NCBI GenBank assembly: GCA_017499595.2
Contig: CM039007.1
Span: 558,001 to 622,000 of the forward strand
DNA: 64,000 nt
Reading direction: 5' to 3'
Source of the DNA: Psilocybe cubensis
Taxonomy: Eukaryota
This document shows, in pieces, positions 62,184 through 64,000 of this stretch (position 1 is the stretch's first letter; each line of letters starts with the position of its first letter). The notes under the pieces were generated by a model. That model saw only the letters and a program-made list of their open reading frames with translations, had not been told where the DNA came from and did no database searches. The translations under genes and the position numbers were made by a program.

Positions 62184-64000
62184 ATGCACCATCCTGAACT
62201 GCCCGTCTTCGCTTTCATCACTGCCTTCCTCGTCCTCACACCCCTCATCTGGCATTGGCGCTCTGGAAATGTCGCGGTCATCGCCATTTCCCTCTGGCTC
62301 TTCGTCGTTGATATTATTTATGGCGTCAACACCATCGTGTGGGCAGGAAATGTGAACGACCCAATGCCTGTGTGGTGCGATATCAGTACGTCTCATTCTC
62401 ATTTCCTTCTAATTCGGTTATACTAATACTTTACAGCGTCCAAGATTGTTGTGGGCGCTTCTTTCGCTCTTCCCCTGGCCACCGTTTGCATATGCAAACA
62501 CCTGGAAATGGTCTCGTCGTCCCGAAAGGTCTCCTACGACATTGCAGACCGTAAAAGACGCATGATATTCGAAGGCATCATGTGTTTCGGTATCCCTTTA
62601 CTCTTCATGGCTCTTCGTTAGTAACCTGGTTTTACAAAGGTTTACTCGACTGCTAACGTTTCGCATTTCCCAGACTATATTGTCCAAGGCCATCGCTACG
62701 ACGTGTTTGAGGACTTTGGCTGCCAAGCTACGGTCTACATCTCCATCCCAGCCATCTTCATCATCTGGTTCCCGCCTCTACTGTTCTCTGTTATTACGCT
62801 CATTTACGCCGCGCTCGCTCTCAACAACTTTATCCGCCGCCGCCTCACATTCGCAGCGCACCTGCAAAACTCGAACTCGGCACTCACAACGAACCGCTAC
62901 CTCCGCCTCATCGCGATGTCCCTGACAGAGATGGCATGGGGAACCTCCCTCACCGCGTACAACCTCTGGAACAACGTATCGCCTGGACTGCGCCCATGGA
63001 CGACCTGGGCGGATGTGCACAGCAACTTCTCCCGCGTCGACCCGTTCCCGCTGTCGGAAGTCCCGCCTTGGTTCACCAAAACTATGATGCTCTTCTGGTG
63101 GACGATGCCGGCCTCTAGTATCATATTCTTTGTTTTCTTCGGCTTTGGAGAGGAGGCTCTCAAGGAATACAGAAGAATCTGGGGGTGGATCAGGAGGAAC
63201 GTGTTTAGGAGACCAGAGGTGGAGAAGACAAAGAAACCTTTCGGGATCTTGTCCCCTAATAGGTAACGGTTTTCCAACTCATGCTGCATCGTGTCGGAGC
63301 CTGACTTGGACCCTTTGCGCGCGTTGTAGCAGATCCCCTCGCCCATTGCACCTTCTGAAGCTCAGGTCTACATTGTCCACTTCGACTTCGTCGCCCCTTT
63401 CCCAGTCATTCAGCTCCCACCCACCGCACAGCGCCTTCTCCCACCTCTCCCAGTCAACCATCACACTTGCGCCGAGCCCGGGGCCCACGTCCTTCACCCA
63501 CAAATCCAAATTCGAGGAAGCGACCAAGGACACGGAGTACACCCCCGACGCCGCACCGCCCTACTACGCGTCATACCCACCCACGCGCACACATATCGCC
63601 GTGCCCATCGATCCACTAAGGGATACACGGTCAATAATGGAGCCGCGCGCGTCGCTGGTGTCCAGTGCCCCAGATGAAACCGACACGTTCACCATCTCCA
63701 CGTTCTCGTACTACGGCGCGCAGCCCGCCTCCCCTTCGTCGCCGACGTCGACGATTATGGTCCCTTCGTCTCCGGCGGTTGTGCCGCATAGTCTGCCGCC
63801 GCCGCCGAGGCGGTTCCCCAGACAGGCGCCGTCGTCGTCGAGTGTGCGGACGGCGGTCTCGAACGCGGCTCCGCGTGAAGAGGCTGATGAGGCGCAGTAC
63901 GACGCGTCCCCTCGGCCTTCGTCGCTGGTATTGTGCCCTCCGAGTCCTGATGGCCTCGATGAGCGTCAGGAAATAGGTACTTTGGGGGTCCCTGGTGGTT
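62184..64000 (+). CDS. STE3-type pheromone receptor (3' end beyond window)
   Basis: MHHPELPVFAFITAFLVLTPLIWHWRSGN..WCDI, YIVQGHRYDVFEDFGC, NRYLRLIAM, PWTTWADVHSNFSR and FFGFGEEA. The Ser/Pro-rich tail is still open at 64000. Confidence 0.95.

Larger units (their letters stand above)
46972..64000. other. B (pheromone/receptor) mating-type locus
   Basis: Four STE3 receptors interspersed with six CaaX pheromone precursors. Confidence 0.9.

Overview
Intron-rich fungal DNA, almost certainly from an Agaricomycete (mushroom-forming basidiomycete). The left end holds a class I hydrophobin gene. It is followed by an apparently intact 13.8-kb DNA transposon (2864-16657) bounded by ~716-bp CpG-rich terminal inverted repeats. 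The element encodes a CxC2-KDZ (Kyakuja-type) transposase, a head-to-head TET/JBP dioxygenase, an HMG-like protein, an RNase H1-N-like protein and a small basic 4-exon gene absent from the ORF track. A second, outer pair of perfect 151-bp inverted repeats encloses the element. To its right lie a degraded retroelement region with a 5'-truncated LINE insertion (poly-A tail, 12-bp TSD), an intact rvt reverse-transcriptase-related gene, an F-box-like gene, a membrane protein, a GMC-type flavoprotein, a stand-alone adenylation-domain gene, a divergent STE3-like receptor and a decaying array of three F-box-like genes. The right third is a pheromone/receptor (B, P/R) mating-type locus with four STE3 receptors (the last runs off the window) and six CaaX lipopeptide pheromone precursors, two of them too short for the ORF track. 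Exon models were built by eye from GT/GC-AG boundaries, and family calls come from recalled motifs, not from searches.
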